This document shows positions 16,049-29,078 of a DNA stretch of 64,000 nucleotides, piece by piece (the stretch's first letter is position 1; the number at the start of each line of letters is the position of its first letter). The notes below the pieces were generated by a model. The model worked only from the letters and a program-made list of their open reading frames with translations, was not told the DNA's origin and did not search any database. The stretch comes from Chiayiivirga sp. (GTDB lineage Bacteria; Pseudomonadota; Gammaproteobacteria; Xanthomonadales; Xanthomonadaceae), in assembly GCA_035703435.1 (NCBI GenBank), contig DASSYF010000016.1, forward strand, positions 5,429 to 69,428, written 5' to 3'. Made by a program: the position numbers and the translations under genes.

Positions 16049-16931
16049 AGTCGATCACCTCATCACCTTCCGGTCGCATCGAGAAGCGCTTGTAGCTCCA
16101 TTGATACTGCGATGGCGCTTGTCGAATGCAGGTTTCGAGCGCGGCATTGAGGCAGTGCGTGGCGCGACCCATGTCGTCGTTGGCGATGTCAGGCGTCACT
16201 GCCTGAAGGCGGATGCAGAATCCTCGGTTTTCCGGCAGGCGCTCGGCATAGGCGCTCAGCACGGTGGCACCGGTTTTGTTGGCCAGTCGCGGCAACAGCG
16301 TCATGGTCAATGCCGTCACCCCGAAGAAGGGCGCGAAATGCCCATCGCCGCGCTTGGGTTGCTGATCGGGAAGGATGCCCACCATGCCGCCGTCCTTGAG
16401 TTGTTTGAGCAGGATGCGTACCCCGGACGCCTCGGCACGCACCTGTGTGACGCCCGGCTGGGCCCGCAACCGTTGGATCAGGGTGTCACCCCAGGCCTTG
16501 CGCGGCGGGCGATAGAGGATGGCCAAGGCCGATTGCGCCGCCAGCCATTGGTTCAGAAGTTCCCAATTGCCCAGATGCGGTGCGGCGATGATGATGCCAC
16601 GCCCCGCAGCGCGCGCTGCGTGCAACAGCTCGATGCCCTCCACGCTGCGCACGAGGTCAAGATTGTGTGCCGCAGGGCGGGTCCAGAAGCGCGCCGTTTC
16701 AAACAGGGTGCGACCCGTCTCCGCCAGATTGCGGCGCCAAAGCTGATCGCGCTCGCGAGAATCGAGTTCGGGCCAGCACAGTTCGATATTGCGTCGCGCC
16801 ACGCGTGCTTCGCGCACCCCAAGGCCACGCGCCAGCGTCCCAAGGCCTGCACCGAGTGCACTCAGGACCGGCAGCGGCAGTCGACCAATCAGCCAGAGGC
16901 AGAAATTAAGAAGTTGGGCAGGTATCGGCAT
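16041..16931 (-). CDS. Lipid A biosynthesis acyltransferase (LpxL/HtrB family)
   Basis: 'APHLGNWE', 'GILPDQQP', 'QYQWSYKRF'. Confidence 0.9.
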   Translation of the reverse strand: MPIPAQLLNFCLWLIGRLPLPVLSALGAGLGTLARGLGVREARVARRNIELCWPELDSRERDQLWRRNLAETGRTLFETARFWTRPAAHNLDLVRSVEGIELLHAARAAGRGIIIAAPHLGNWELLNQWLAAQSALAILYRPPRKAWGDTLIQRLRAQPGVTQVRAEASGVRILLKQLKDGGMVGILPDQQPKRGDGHFAPFFGVTALTMTLLPRLANKTGATVLSAYAERLPENRGFCIRLQAVTPDIANDDMGRATHCLNAALETCIRQAPSQYQWSYKRFSMRPEGDEVIDYD

Positions 16932-17053
16932 GGCGGAAATGGTAGGCGCAAAGCACACAGGGTGTGCGCATCGCCTGCATTACCATCACCGTGTGGCTGC
17001 GAATGCACGCCGCAATCAAACCCTTCCGCAGCCCTCAGCATCCCGGATGTGCC

Positions 17054-17491
17054 ATGCTCGCTTTGATCCAACGCGTCACCCAGGCCCGCGTCGAAGTCGA
17101 AGGCCGTACCGTCGGCGCCATCGACGCCGGACTTCTGGCGCTGGTTGCGGTGCAGCCGGACGATGGCGTAGCGCAGATACAGCGCATGGGCGAACGTCTC
17201 TTGGGCTATCGGATTTTTGCCGACGATGCTGGCCGCATGAATCGTTCGCTGACCGACACCGGCGGCGGACTGCTGCTGGTCAGTCAGTTCACCCTCGCTG
17301 CCGACACGGCCAAGGGCATGCGCCCCAGTTTCACCACGGCGGCCGCGCCCGAGCAGGCGATGCAGACGTTCGATGCCTTGGTCCGGCTCTGTCGCGATCG
17401 TCACACCCGGGTTGAAACCGGGGAGTTTGGCGCCCACATGGTGGTGAGTCTGGTCAACGATGGCCCGGTGACGTTCCTGCTGCACAGTTGA
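17054..17491 (+). CDS. dtd: D-aminoacyl-tRNA deacylase
   Basis: 'MLALIQRV', 'SQFTLAAD', 'GEFGAHM.VSLVNDGPVT'. Confidence 0.96.
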   Translation: MLALIQRVTQARVEVEGRTVGAIDAGLLALVAVQPDDGVAQIQRMGERLLGYRIFADDAGRMNRSLTDTGGGLLLVSQFTLAADTAKGMRPSFTTAAAPEQAMQTFDALVRLCRDRHTRVETGEFGAHMVVSLVNDGPVTFLLHS

Positions 17492-17650
17492 CGGGGTCTG
17501 TGCCCCGGTGCGGCTCAGGCTGAACGTGCGCCTGCCGGTGTTGGCGATGGCTCGCCCAAAGCATCGTGTTCAGGCCTTGCTTGGGCAAAAACGGCCCAAA
17601 GCGTTATACTGGTGCGTTCTTTACCCTTGACATATCAAGTCAGACAGCCC

Positions 17651-19513
<1,863 letters not shown>

Positions 19514-19547
19514 TGCGAGTGCCGGCGCAGTCCGGCTCACCGCCTTC

Positions 19548-19582
19548 CAAACGGCCCGCGCGGATCATCCGGCGGGCCGTTT
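19548..19582 (+). terminator. Probable terminator hairpin after rpoD
   Basis: AAACGGCCCGC...GCGGGCCGTTT inverted repeat. Confidence 0.55.
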
Positions 19583-19644
19583 GCATTGCTGCGCCGTGAG
19601 GGCACCCGTACACTGGCACCCTGCCTGAAGCAGGGACGAATCCG

Positions 19645-20700
19645 ATGAGTGCCAACCCCAGCGATGCCTTGAGTCAGTTGTATCCGATCGACACCTTGCG
19701 GCAGGAAACCCGCGAACAACTGGCGAGCGAAGCAGCCTATGCCGACTACAGTCGCGGCGAAGTGTTGTTTCGTACCGGTGACATCGATGACGACACTCTG
19801 TATCTGCTCGATGGCACGGTCGAAGGCAGCTATCCCGATGGCAAGACCCGCCAGTTCGTGGCGCGCTCCCTGCAAGGGCGCTATGCCTTGGGTGACTCGC
19901 AGCCGCGGCGCTTCACCGCCACCGTGATATCGGCGCGGGCGCGGATTGCGCGTCTGGATCGGCGCTACATGGAAAAGGTCATTGCCTGGGACCAGATCGC
20001 ACGCAATGCCACCGGTGGTGAAGGCAGCGTGGACTCCAATCGCTGGGTGTTCCGCCTGTTGCAGAGCCGCGCCTTCCACAAGTTGCCGACCGGCAACATC
20101 GGACGCATGTTCCAAGGCTTCGAGGAAATCACGGTGCGCACCGGCGATGTGGTGGTGCGCGAGGGGGATGCCGCCGATTATTTCTATGTCATCAAGGAAG
20201 GCGCGGCGGCCGTCCTCAAGCACCTGGACGAAGCCGAATCGATCGTGGCCTATCTGGTGCGTGGCGACTGCTTCGGTGAAGACGCGCTCTTGTCCAACAC
20301 CACCCGCAATGCCACGGTGAAGATGGTGCAGGACGGTCGCTTGATGCGCTTGTCGCGCCGCACCTTCGAAGACGTGTTGAAGCCGCCGGTGGTGGAGTGG
20401 GTCAATCCGGCGCAAGCCTCGTTGCTGGCGCGAACCGGCGCGGTTCTGATCGATGTGCGCCTGCCGGCCGAATTCGAGCAGCGTGCGATTCGGGGTGCCA
20501 TCAACTTGCCCTTGTTCCGCCTGCGCGAAGACGTGGTGGATCGCTTCAATCCAAACGACAAGTTGATCGTCTACTGCAATACCGGTGAGCGCAGTTCCGC
20601 CGCCGCCTTCATCCTCACCCGCATGGGCTTCGATGCTTACGCGCTCCAGGGTGGCCTGTTCGGCATGCTGCGCCAGCAGGAAAAGCAACAGGGCGCGTGA
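19645..20700 (+). CDS. Tandem cyclic-nucleotide-binding domains plus C-terminal rhodanese domain
   Basis: '[20 protein letters not shown]', '[19 protein letters not shown]', '[10 protein letters not shown]', 'VYCNTGERS'. Confidence 0.85.
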   Translation: MSANPSDALSQLYPIDTLRQETREQLASEAAYADYSRGEVLFRTGDIDDDTLYLLDGTVEGSYPDGKTRQFVARSLQGRYALGDSQPRRFTATVISARARIARLDRRYMEKVIAWDQIARNATGGEGSVDSNRWVFRLLQSRAFHKLPTGNIGRMFQGFEEITVRTGDVVVREGDAADYFYVIKEGAAAVLKHLDEAESIVAYLVRGDCFGEDALLSNTTRNATVKMVQDGRLMRLSRRTFEDVLKPPVVEWVNPAQASLLARTGAVLIDVRLPAEFEQRAIRGAINLPLFRLREDVVDRFNPNDKLIVYCNTGERSSAAAFILTRMGFDAYALQGGLFGMLRQQEKQQGA

Positions 20701-20708
20701 ATGTGGCG

Positions 20709-21632
20709 ATGAGCACGCAACTGGAGCGGGTCGTCGTCTGGCTGCGCGCACTTCAGGACGAGCTTTGCACGCAACTCGCACAGGCCGATGGTCGTGCCGG
20801 ATTTCAGGAAGATTCCTGGCAGCGCGCCGCTGGCGGTGGTGGAGGGCGCACGCGGGTGATCGCCGACGGTGCGGTGTTCGAACAGGGCGGGATCAACTTT
20901 TCGGAAGTACACGGTCCGAGCCTGCCGGCCTCGGCCACGGCGCATCGACCGAAACTGGCGGGAGCACCCTGGAGCGCCGCCGGCGTCTCGATGGTGCTGC
21001 ATCCGATCAACCCCTATGTGCCGACCACGCACATGAACGTGCGCTACTTCGAAGCCACGCCGCCGGACTCGGCGCCGGTCTGGTGGTTCGGTGGCGGCTT
21101 TGATCTCACGCCGTTCTACCCCTTCGATGCCGACATCCGGCATTGGCACGAAGTCGCGCAACGCACGTGTTCGCCGTTCGACGAAGGTCGTTACGCCGAA
21201 CACAAGGCTTGGTGCGACCGCTACTTTTTCCTCAAGCACCGCAACGAGGCGCGCGGTGTCGGCGGCCTGTTCTTCGATGACTTCAACGCCGGTGATTTCG
21301 AGACTTGCTTTGCCTATACGCGAGCAGTGGGCGAGGCGTTTCTGGATGCGTATCGGCCGATCGTCGAGCGTCGCCGCGACACCGCCTTTGGCGAACGCGA
21401 GCGGCAATTCCAGCTCTATCGCCGTGGGCGCTACGTCGAGTTCAACCTGGTCTGGGATCGCGGCACCTTGTTCGGCCTGCAATCGGGCGGACGCACCGAG
21501 TCGATCCTGATGAGCCTGCCGCCGCAGGTGCGCTTCCAGTACGGCTACACACCCGAACCCGGATCGGCCGAGGCGCGTTTGTCCGAATACCTCAGCGCGC
21601 GCGACTGGTTGAAGGAACTGCCGCGCGCGTGA
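20709..21632 (+). CDS. hemF: Oxygen-dependent coproporphyrinogen III oxidase
   Basis: '[13 protein letters not shown]', '[10 protein letters not shown]', '[34 protein letters not shown]'. Confidence 0.97.
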   Translation: MSTQLERVVVWLRALQDELCTQLAQADGRAGFQEDSWQRAAGGGGGRTRVIADGAVFEQGGINFSEVHGPSLPASATAHRPKLAGAPWSAAGVSMVLHPINPYVPTTHMNVRYFEATPPDSAPVWWFGGGFDLTPFYPFDADIRHWHEVAQRTCSPFDEGRYAEHKAWCDRYFFLKHRNEARGVGGLFFDDFNAGDFETCFAYTRAVGEAFLDAYRPIVERRRDTAFGERERQFQLYRRGRYVEFNLVWDRGTLFGLQSGGRTESILMSLPPQVRFQYGYTPEPGSAEARLSEYLSARDWLKELPRA

Positions 21633-21675
21633 TCAGACCCCGGAATGGCGTGCATTCCGGGGCGTGGTGCATCGA

Positions 21676-23865
21676 TCAGTTCGGTTTGCCAGTCAAACCA
21701 CGGCGTTCGAGCAAGGGCTCAATGCGTGGCGCATGCCCGGTGAAGTCCTCGAACAGTTCCAGCGCGTCCTTGGAGCCGCCCCGCGACAGCAGGGCTTGAC
21801 GGAAGCGATCGCCGTTGGCACGAGTCAGGCCGCCGTTCTGCTTGAACCACTCGACCGTATTGGCATCCAGCACCTCACTCCAGATGTAGGAGTAGTAGCC
21901 GGCCGCATAGCCGCCCATGATGTGGCTGAAATACAGGGTGCGATAACGCGGCGGCACCGGCGCGAAATCCAGACCGTCCTGCTTGAGTGCAGCGGCTTCG
22001 AACGCGAGCACACCGCCGGCTTCGGGCAATAGTTCGGCCGAGGTGATCTGGTGCCAGTTCTGATCGAGCATGGCCGCACCCAGATACTCGGTGGTGGCAA
22101 AGCCCTGGTTGAACTGACTCGATGCCAGCACCTTGTCCAGCAAGGCCTGCGGCATGGCTTCGCCGGTCTGGTAGTGCTTGGCGTAGTTGGCGAGCACTTC
22201 CGGCCAGTCGGCCCACATTTCGTTGACCTGTGAGGGGAACTCGACGAAATCACGCGGCACCGCGGTGCCGGCGAACAGCGGGTATTGCACGTTCGAGAAC
22301 ATGCCGTGCAGGGCATGACCGAACTCGTGGAACATGGTCGTGACCTCATCCCAGGTCATCAGCGTCGGCTGGCCTTGTGGCGGCTTGGGAATGTTGAGGT
22401 GGTTGGCGATCACCGGCTGGGTGCCCAGGAGATGGCTCTGCGACACATAGGCATTCATCCAGGCGCCACCGCGCTTGGAGGGGCGGGCGTACATGTCGGC
22501 CAGGAAGATGGCCAGCTGCTTGCCATCGGCATCGAACACGTCATACACCAGCACGTCCGTCTGGTAGACCGGAAGGTCGGTGCGCTGCTTGAAACTCAGG
22601 CCATAGAGTTTGCCGGCTGCGAAGAACACGCCGTTCTCCAGCACGTTCTTCATTTCGAAGTAGGGCTTGAGCTGACTGGCGTCGAAGTCATAGCGCGCCT
22701 GACGCAGCTTTTCGGTGTAGTAGTCCCAGTCCCAGGCGGCGAGTTTGAAGCTCGGCTGCCCGGCCTTCTTCTGCTCGGCATCGATCAAGACCTGTAGGTC
22801 GGCCGCTTCGCGCTTGGCATTGGCCACCGCGGCGGGCGCCAGCTTGCCGAGCATGTCGTTGACCGCCTGCTCGGTGCGCGCGGTCTGGTTTTCCAGGGTG
22901 TAGGCGGCAAAATCCGGATAGCCCAGCATCTTGGCGCGTTCCAGACGCAGCTTCATGATCGAGGCCACGATGCCGGTGTTGTCCCATTGATTGCCACGGC
23001 TGCCACGCGCCACCGAGGCTTCGAAGATGCGCTGGCGCAGGGCGCGATCGCTGAGATAGGTCAGCGGCGGCTGGGTCGTCGTGTTTTGCAAGGCGATCAC
23101 GAACTTGCCCTCCAAGCCACGTGCCTTGGCCGCTTCGGCAGCGGTGGCGATGGCCTCGTCGCTCAAGCCGGCCAATTGCGCGCGGTCATCGACCACGACG
23201 GCCGAGTCGTTGACCTCGGCCAGGACGTTCTGGCTGAACTGGGTGGCCAACTGCGCCAACTCGGCATTGATGGCCTTGAGGCGCGTCTTTTGCGTTTCGT
23301 CCAACTTGGCGCCGGCGCGCACGAAGTCGCTGTAGTAACGCTCCAACAGGCGCGCGCTTTCGGCATCCAGATCGAGCTGGGCGCGGTTGTCGTAGAGGCT
23401 CTGGATGCGCGCAAACAGGGCTGCATCGAGGGTGATCGCATCCATGTGCGCGGCAAAGCGTGAGGCGTAGTCGGCCTGCAATTTCTTGCGCGCATCGTTG
23501 GTGTCGGCACCGACCAGGTTCATGAATACCATCATCGCCCGACGCAGCCCTTGGCCACTGCGCTCCAGTGCCACGATGGTGTTGTCGAAGCTCGCCGTCT
23601 CGGCATTGCCGGTGATGGCGGCAATTTCCTTGAGTTGTTCGGCCATGCCCTGATCGAAGGCCGGCGCGAAGTCGCTGTCGCGGATCCGATCAAAGGCCGG
23701 GTACTGGAAGGGCAGGGTGCTTGGGCTCAGGAGCACATTGGTGGCCTCGTCGGCAGCCGGCGCGGTGGCCTTGGGCGTGGAGTCGGGTGCGGGCGCCGGG
23801 GCTGGCGAGCAGCTGGCCAAGGTCAGCGCCGACACCGTCAGCGCAATAGCAAGAGTCTGTTTCAT
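21676..23865 (-). CDS. dcp: M3 family metallopeptidase (Dcp-like), predicted lipoprotein
   Basis: Lipobox 'LASC'; 'FHEFGHALH', 'RDFVEFPSQ', 'GYYSYIWSEVLD'. Confidence 0.9.
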   Translation of the reverse strand: MKQTLAIALTVSALTLASCSPAPAPAPDSTPKATAPAADEATNVLLSPSTLPFQYPAFDRIRDSDFAPAFDQGMAEQLKEIAAITGNAETASFDNTIVALERSGQGLRRAMMVFMNLVGADTNDARKKLQADYASRFAAHMDAITLDAALFARIQSLYDNRAQLDLDAESARLLERYYSDFVRAGAKLDETQKTRLKAINAELAQLATQFSQNVLAEVNDSAVVVDDRAQLAGLSDEAIATAAEAAKARGLEGKFVIALQNTTTQPPLTYLSDRALRQRIFEASVARGSRGNQWDNTGIVASIMKLRLERAKMLGYPDFAAYTLENQTARTEQAVNDMLGKLAPAAVANAKREAADLQVLIDAEQKKAGQPSFKLAAWDWDYYTEKLRQARYDFDASQLKPYFEMKNVLENGVFFAAGKLYGLSFKQRTDLPVYQTDVLVYDVFDADGKQLAIFLADMYARPSKRGGAWMNAYVSQSHLLGTQPVIANHLNIPKPPQGQPTLMTWDEVTTMFHEFGHALHGMFSNVQYPLFAGTAVPRDFVEFPSQVNEMWADWPEVLANYAKHYQTGEAMPQALLDKVLASSQFNQGFATTEYLGAAMLDQNWHQITSAELLPEAGGVLAFEAAALKQDGLDFAPVPPRYRTLYFSHIMGGYAAGYYSYIWSEVLDANTVEWFKQNGGLTRANGDRFRQALLSRGGSKDALELFEDFTGHAPRIEPLLERRGLTGKPN

Positions 23866-23955
23866 TTCGAAAACTTTATGCGGAGGAACCCGCAAGGGTA
23901 GTGCATGGCGTCCGCATGAGCCTGTGGCCAAGGTCACGGTGGCCAAGGGCGCGAC

Positions 23956-24513
23956 TCAGCTACGAAGCAGCACCCACACACCCAGCGCAGCGAATACCGC
24001 GGCGGCTGTCCAGCGGGCCTGACGCAAGGGCAGGCGATCGGCGAACTTGGCGCCGAGGGCCACAACCGGCAAGTTGGCCAGAAGCATGCCGACCGTGGTG
24101 CCCAGAATCACGGCATAAAGTGGGGTGTATTGCGCGGCCAGCACGACGGTGGCGACCTGAGTCTTGTCACCGATCTCGGCCAGAAAGAAGGCAATGGTGG
24201 TGGTGATGAACGCGCCGAAGCGTGAGCTGGGCGCGGCATCATCGTCCATCGTGTCCGGCTTGAGGGTCCACAGCGCCACCGCGATGAAGGCGATGCCGAC
24301 GATCCAGCGCAAGGACTGTGGCGAGAGCCAGCCAGCCACGAGCGATCCCAGCCAAGCCGCGGCCGCGTGGTTCAGCACGGTGGCCGCGAGGATGCCCCAG
24401 GCCAGTGGCCAGAACTGGCGAAAGCGCGCGGCCAACAGCAAGGCCAGCAATTGGGTCTTGTCGCCGATCTCGGCCAGTGCCACGACGCCGGTGGCGATCA
24501 GGAAGCTTTCCAT
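23956..24513 (-). CDS. TMEM165/GDT1 (UPF0016) family Mn/Ca exporter
   Basis: Two 'EIGDKTQ' motifs. Confidence 0.93.
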   Translation of the reverse strand: MESFLIATGVVALAEIGDKTQLLALLLAARFRQFWPLAWGILAATVLNHAAAAWLGSLVAGWLSPQSLRWIVGIAFIAVALWTLKPDTMDDDAAPSSRFGAFITTTIAFFLAEIGDKTQVATVVLAAQYTPLYAVILGTTVGMLLANLPVVALGAKFADRLPLRQARWTAAAVFAALGVWVLLRS

Positions 24514-24752
24514 GGAGCGAGGGCGATTGGCAGGACGAAACGGGGGCGCAGTATATCGAGCGTGGTCGCGTGTCGCGGTGCGCCATCAACGCGGCATTGG
24601 CGCGCCGCTCACGAAAGGTGTGCGCTGGTTCACTTCGCACGGGTGGCTGGTTGCCGTTGCATGGTTCCAATCCTGCGTCGTTGTTGCGTGCGGCGCTCGG
24701 CTTCGCCTACGCTGCGACGTCAACAACGAATGCATAGGGCGAAGGGGCGGCA

Positions 24753-26027
24753 ATGGGCGTGAAATCTCGCTTGATCGTGATGAACTTCCTGCAATTTTTC
24801 GTGTGGGGATCCTGGCTCATCACCATTGGTGCCTACTGGTTCCAGACCAAACAATGGTCGGGCACCGAGTTCGGTGCGATTTTCTCCACCATGGGTATCG
24901 CGTCCTTGTTCATGCCCTCACTGATGGGCATCGTGGCCGACAAGTGGATCAATGCCGAGCGGCTGTACGGCATCTTGCATCTGTGCGGGGCAGTGATGCT
25001 CTTCATCGTGCCCACGATCGATGACCCGCACACCCTGTTCTGGGTGATGCTCTTGAACATGTGTTTCTACATGCCGACCATTTCGCTCTCGATCACGGTC
25101 GCTTACAACGCCCTGAGCAAACAAGGCGAGGACATCGTGCGCAGCTATCCGCCGATCCGGGTGTGGGGCACGGTGGGCTTCATCGCGGCGATGTGGATGG
25201 TGAGTCTGCTGCATCTGGAAGTGTCGGCCTTGCAGTTCCAGGTGGCCGGTGCGGCGGCGGTGCTGCTGGGTCTGTATGCGTTCTCGTTGCCGGCTTGTCC
25301 GCCGCGCGATACCCGGCACGACTCGCTGGTCGATGCCCTGGGCCTGCGCTCGTTTGCCCTGCTCAAGAACTACAAGATGGCGGTGTTCTTCCTGTTCGCG
25401 ATGTTCCTTGGCGCGTCCTTGCAGTTGACCAACGCCTATGGCGATACCTTCCTGCATGACTTTGCCAAGCTCGATCAATACAAGGATGCGCTGGCGATCC
25501 GCTTCCCCGCGATCACCATGTCGATTTCGCAGATCTCCGAAACCTTGTTGATCCTGGCCATTCCCTTCTTCCTCAAGCGCTACGGCATCAAGACCGTGAT
25601 GCTGATGAGCATGTTCGCCTGGGTGCTGCGATTCGGCCTGTTCGCCTACGGCAATCCGGGCGCGCTGCTGTGGATGATCATCATGTCCAACATCATCTAC
25701 GGCATGGCCTTCGACTTCTTCAACATCTCCGGCTCCTTGTTCGTGGAAAGTCAGGCCGATGCCAAGATCCGCGCCAGCGCGCAGGGCCTGTTCATGCTGA
25801 TGACCAATGGCATCGGCGCGATTCTCGGCAGTTCCATCTCGGGCGTGGTGATCGATCACTTCTTCACCGGGGTCGATGGCGCGCTCGATTGGCACGGTAT
25901 CTGGTTGTCGTTCGCGGCCTATTCGCTGGTGATTGCGGTGCTGTTTGCGCTGCTGTTCAAGCACGAGCACAAACCCGAGGCCCTCACGCGCATGGGTGCC
26001 TTGGACAGCCACGCCCACGGCGGCTGA
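24753..26027 (+). CDS. Nucleoside:H+ symporter (NupG/XapB family, MFS)
   Basis: 'MNFLQFFVWGSW', 'IRVWGTVGFI', 'SQISE', 'AFDFFNISG', 'RASAQGLF'. Confidence 0.92.
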   Translation: MGVKSRLIVMNFLQFFVWGSWLITIGAYWFQTKQWSGTEFGAIFSTMGIASLFMPSLMGIVADKWINAERLYGILHLCGAVMLFIVPTIDDPHTLFWVMLLNMCFYMPTISLSITVAYNALSKQGEDIVRSYPPIRVWGTVGFIAAMWMVSLLHLEVSALQFQVAGAAAVLLGLYAFSLPACPPRDTRHDSLVDALGLRSFALLKNYKMAVFFLFAMFLGASLQLTNAYGDTFLHDFAKLDQYKDALAIRFPAITMSISQISETLLILAIPFFLKRYGIKTVMLMSMFAWVLRFGLFAYGNPGALLWMIIMSNIIYGMAFDFFNISGSLFVESQADAKIRASAQGLFMLMTNGIGAILGSSISGVVIDHFFTGVDGALDWHGIWLSFAAYSLVIAVLFALLFKHEHKPEALTRMGALDSHAHGG

Positions 26028-26028
26028 C

Positions 26029-26994
26029 ATGGGTGGGCGGGTCGCCATCGTCGGCAGCTACAACCAGGATTTCATCTGGCGCACCGATACCTTTCCGGTG
26101 CCGGGTGAAACCCGACTCGGGCACTTTTCCACCGGCCCGGGCGGCAAGGGTTTCAATCAGGCCGTGGCAGCGGCGCGCCAGGGTGCTGCGGTGTGTTTCA
26201 TCGCGGCGTTGGGACGTGACGCCTTGGGTGAACACGCCGCGAAATTGGCACAGGCCGAAGGCATCGATGCGCGTTGGCAGTGGTGTGAACAAGCGGCCAC
26301 CGGCAATGCCGCGATCGTGCTCGATGGTCGTGGCCAGAACCTCATCATCGTTGGCTCCGGCGCCAATCTCGAATTGAGCGTGGCCCACGTCGAAGCCCAG
26401 CGCGAAGCCATCGCGCAGGCCGGCATCGTGCTGGTGCAACACGAAGTCAGTCCCGATGCGACGGCGCACGCATTGAAGCTGGCACGTGACGCAAACGTGG
26501 CCACCCTGCTCAATCCCGCGCCGCCGTTGTCCGACGAAGATGGACGACTGCTGCCGCGGGTGGACCTCGTCACGCCCAACGAAACCGAGTTTGCGCATCT
26601 TTTGGCCCGTCATGCCGGCAAGACGATCGATGCCTCGTCGATTGCCGCCTTGGACGATGCCAGCCTGCATGCGCTGGCGCGTCAATTGGGTGTTCCGAGT
26701 GTGGTGATGACGCTGGGCAGCGCCGGTTGCTTTGTCTCCCATGGCGAAGGCGCACGCTGGCGCGATGGGGCGCCGTACTACCGCGTTCCAGCCGAAGCGG
26801 TGCGCGTGCGCGACACCACCGGTGCCGGCGATGCCTTCAGTGGAAGCCTCGCTGCCGCCTTGGCCGAACTGGGCGAGAGCAGCTTCCAGTCGGCCATCGT
26901 GCGAGCCAATCGTGTCGCGGGGCTGGCCACCGAACGCGAGGGCGCGGCGCTGGCCATTCCCACCCGCGCCGAAGTGGGGCAGCGTTTCGGCTGA
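26029..26994 (+). CDS. rbsK: Ribokinase (PfkB family)
   Basis: 'GPGGKGFNQAVAAAR', 'TPNETE', 'DTTGAGDAF'. Confidence 0.88.
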   Translation: MGGRVAIVGSYNQDFIWRTDTFPVPGETRLGHFSTGPGGKGFNQAVAAARQGAAVCFIAALGRDALGEHAAKLAQAEGIDARWQWCEQAATGNAAIVLDGRGQNLIIVGSGANLELSVAHVEAQREAIAQAGIVLVQHEVSPDATAHALKLARDANVATLLNPAPPLSDEDGRLLPRVDLVTPNETEFAHLLARHAGKTIDASSIAALDDASLHALARQLGVPSVVMTLGSAGCFVSHGEGARWRDGAPYYRVPAEAVRVRDTTGAGDAFSGSLAAALAELGESSFQSAIVRANRVAGLATEREGAALAIPTRAEVGQRFG

Positions 26995-27018
26995 GGTGCC
27001 TGCCTCACTGTGCGCGGC

Positions 27019-28944
27019 TTACGTTCGCGCCAGTTGTGCGCCACAACGCGCCAAAAATTCGAAGTAGCGTTCGATGTAGCTGATGCCATTTTCCTGATCG
27101 ATCAGGTAGGGATTCATCAGGGTGTGGCGCAGCACCGTCAGTGGTTCGCCATCGAGATCCGGTTCCAGCCCCAGACTGGCGTGGATGCGGCGGGTTTCGT
27201 TTTCGCCCACCAGCTCCGGACGCAGGGTCGTGACCGAGCCGAAGAATTCGCGGGTCTGCAGCGGCTGGTGCGGATCGGCACGCATGGCCGCGTACAGGCG
27301 CTGCATGAAGGCATTGGCGTGAGCGAGCGAACGATTGCCGGGTGGATTGAGCGCCAAGCACACGAGGTTGCTGTCCGGCTCGAAGGGCACGCGCACGGTG
27401 AGGCGCCCGGCCTGTTCCTCGGCAAAACGCAGGGCGCGCTCGTAGAAGATCTCGGTCGCCTGCACGGTGGCGCGTGGCAAGCGGCCGAACTCGGAGTGAT
27501 CCAGCGGCAGCACGCGATGGGCCACATACACACCGGCCGCCGCCGCACCCGGTTTGGAGCCTTCGGCGATGTACTGGCCCAGGCCGCGATAATGCGCCAT
27601 GTAATCCTGCGCGCCATCGCCGTGAAACACGTAATCGGCGCGCTCGGCCAGCAAGGCCATGGCGCGGTGGTCGCGGCAGACGAAGGCACCGCTTCCGAAA
27701 GGCAGATAGCCGAGTTTGTGCGGGTCAACCGTCACCGAATCGGTGTCGGCGAGCGCGGCAAACGCGCGATGGATGGGCGGCGATGGAAAGTACTTGAACT
27801 CGGCCGCCACCGCTTCGCGTGAACGGAAACCGCCATCGGGCTTGCGGAAGATCGTGGTCAGATAACCGCCCCAGGCGGCATCCACGTGCACCGCAAAGTC
27901 CAGGCCCTGTGCTCGATAAGCGTGGCGGGCAGCGAGCACACCATCGACCGGATCGATGGTGCCGTATTCGGTACTGCCCAGCACCGCGACCGCCATCAAG
28001 ACCGGCGTGCGCTCGCGTGCCAACTGCTGCAGGCGATCGTTCAAGGCATCCACATCCAGACGCATGCCGCGCGTGGGAATGAGGTCAAGCTGGGCACGCC
28101 CGAGCCCGAGCAACTTCATGCCCTTGCTCCAGGAATAGTGGGCGGTGATCGGCGCCAGGACGTGCGGCACGCGCAGACTCGGATGGGCCGCGAAGAAATC
28201 GACCAGGCCACGTTCTTCCAATCGTTGCGCACGCACGCGCTCGCGCCAGTGCACGCGGGCAGTGACATCGAGCTGCGCGAGCCACGCTTGCCACTGGCCA
28301 AGCAGCTCGATCACTGCCTCGCCCGACAGATTGAACGCGCTCCAATCATCGTCGGGCAGTGCCAGCTCCGGCACACCGGCCGCACGCAGCGCCACCGGAA
28401 AGGCCTTCATCGCCAGAGCCAGGCGCAGCGCCTGATAGTTGGCCACGGTGCCACCGGAGGTCAGGTGCCCGAAAGCGCAATCGGGCTGGCTGGGATCGTG
28501 TCGATAACCCAGCATTCGCGCCAGTTGCAGGCCAACCTTCAACTCCATTTCGATCGTGACCGGCGCCACTTCGTCGGTGACGTTGTTGGGGTTGTAGGGC
28601 AAGGCCAACATTTGCGCGGCCAGGCCCGGCAACAACAGATCGGAGGCCATGTGGCCGATGTAACGCGGGCTGTGGAAGGGGACGGACTTTTTCAGCTGTG
28701 CCGAGAGCTGATGCAATTCGCGCCGGATGCGCGATTCGACTGCCAGATAGTCGGGGTGATAGGCGGTGGTGGTGGCAATCGCTGGTGGATCATCGGGGTG
28801 AAAGTTGCGCCGCCAGTAAACATGGTCGCGCAGAAATTCGACCAGAATTCTTTCCAGCAGGTTGGCGTTTTCGCCATACGGGCCGAGAAAGCAGGCATCC
28901 AGGCCATGATCGCGCGGTGGCATCGCGGTGAACGTTTCATCCAT
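27019..28944 (-). CDS. Group II PLP-dependent amino-acid decarboxylase (tyrosine-decarboxylase-like clade)
   Basis: 'PFHSPRYIGHM', 'GHLTSGGTVAN', 'HVDAAWGGY', PLP-lysine motif 'DPHKLGY'. Confidence 0.88.
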   Translation of the reverse strand: MDETFTAMPPRDHGLDACFLGPYGENANLLERILVEFLRDHVYWRRNFHPDDPPAIATTTAYHPDYLAVESRIRRELHQLSAQLKKSVPFHSPRYIGHMASDLLLPGLAAQMLALPYNPNNVTDEVAPVTIEMELKVGLQLARMLGYRHDPSQPDCAFGHLTSGGTVANYQALRLALAMKAFPVALRAAGVPELALPDDDWSAFNLSGEAVIELLGQWQAWLAQLDVTARVHWRERVRAQRLEERGLVDFFAAHPSLRVPHVLAPITAHYSWSKGMKLLGLGRAQLDLIPTRGMRLDVDALNDRLQQLARERTPVLMAVAVLGSTEYGTIDPVDGVLAARHAYRAQGLDFAVHVDAAWGGYLTTIFRKPDGGFRSREAVAAEFKYFPSPPIHRAFAALADTDSVTVDPHKLGYLPFGSGAFVCRDHRAMALLAERADYVFHGDGAQDYMAHYRGLGQYIAEGSKPGAAAAGVYVAHRVLPLDHSEFGRLPRATVQATEIFYERALRFAEEQAGRLTVRVPFEPDSNLVCLALNPPGNRSLAHANAFMQRLYAAMRADPHQPLQTREFFGSVTTLRPELVGENETRRIHASLGLEPDLDGEPLTVLRHTLMNPYLIDQENGISYIERYFEFLARCGAQLART

Positions 28945-29078
28945 GACACGAGGGTCCAAGGCAGGTGATCGCGCGATGGTACGTCAGCGCATCGCGCCAT
29001 TCCTGCCCGCAGATCAAGTCACGCGCGATGGCTGAGACTTCAGGCGCGTGCCATGGCGGCACGCACCCGAGCCGACCC

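Noticed and set aside
24514-24752. yybP-ykoY Mn riboswitch expected upstream of the TMEM165/GDT1 gene
   Set aside because: I could not find the conserved GGGGAGUA-type core on the minus strand; a Rfam scan would settle it.
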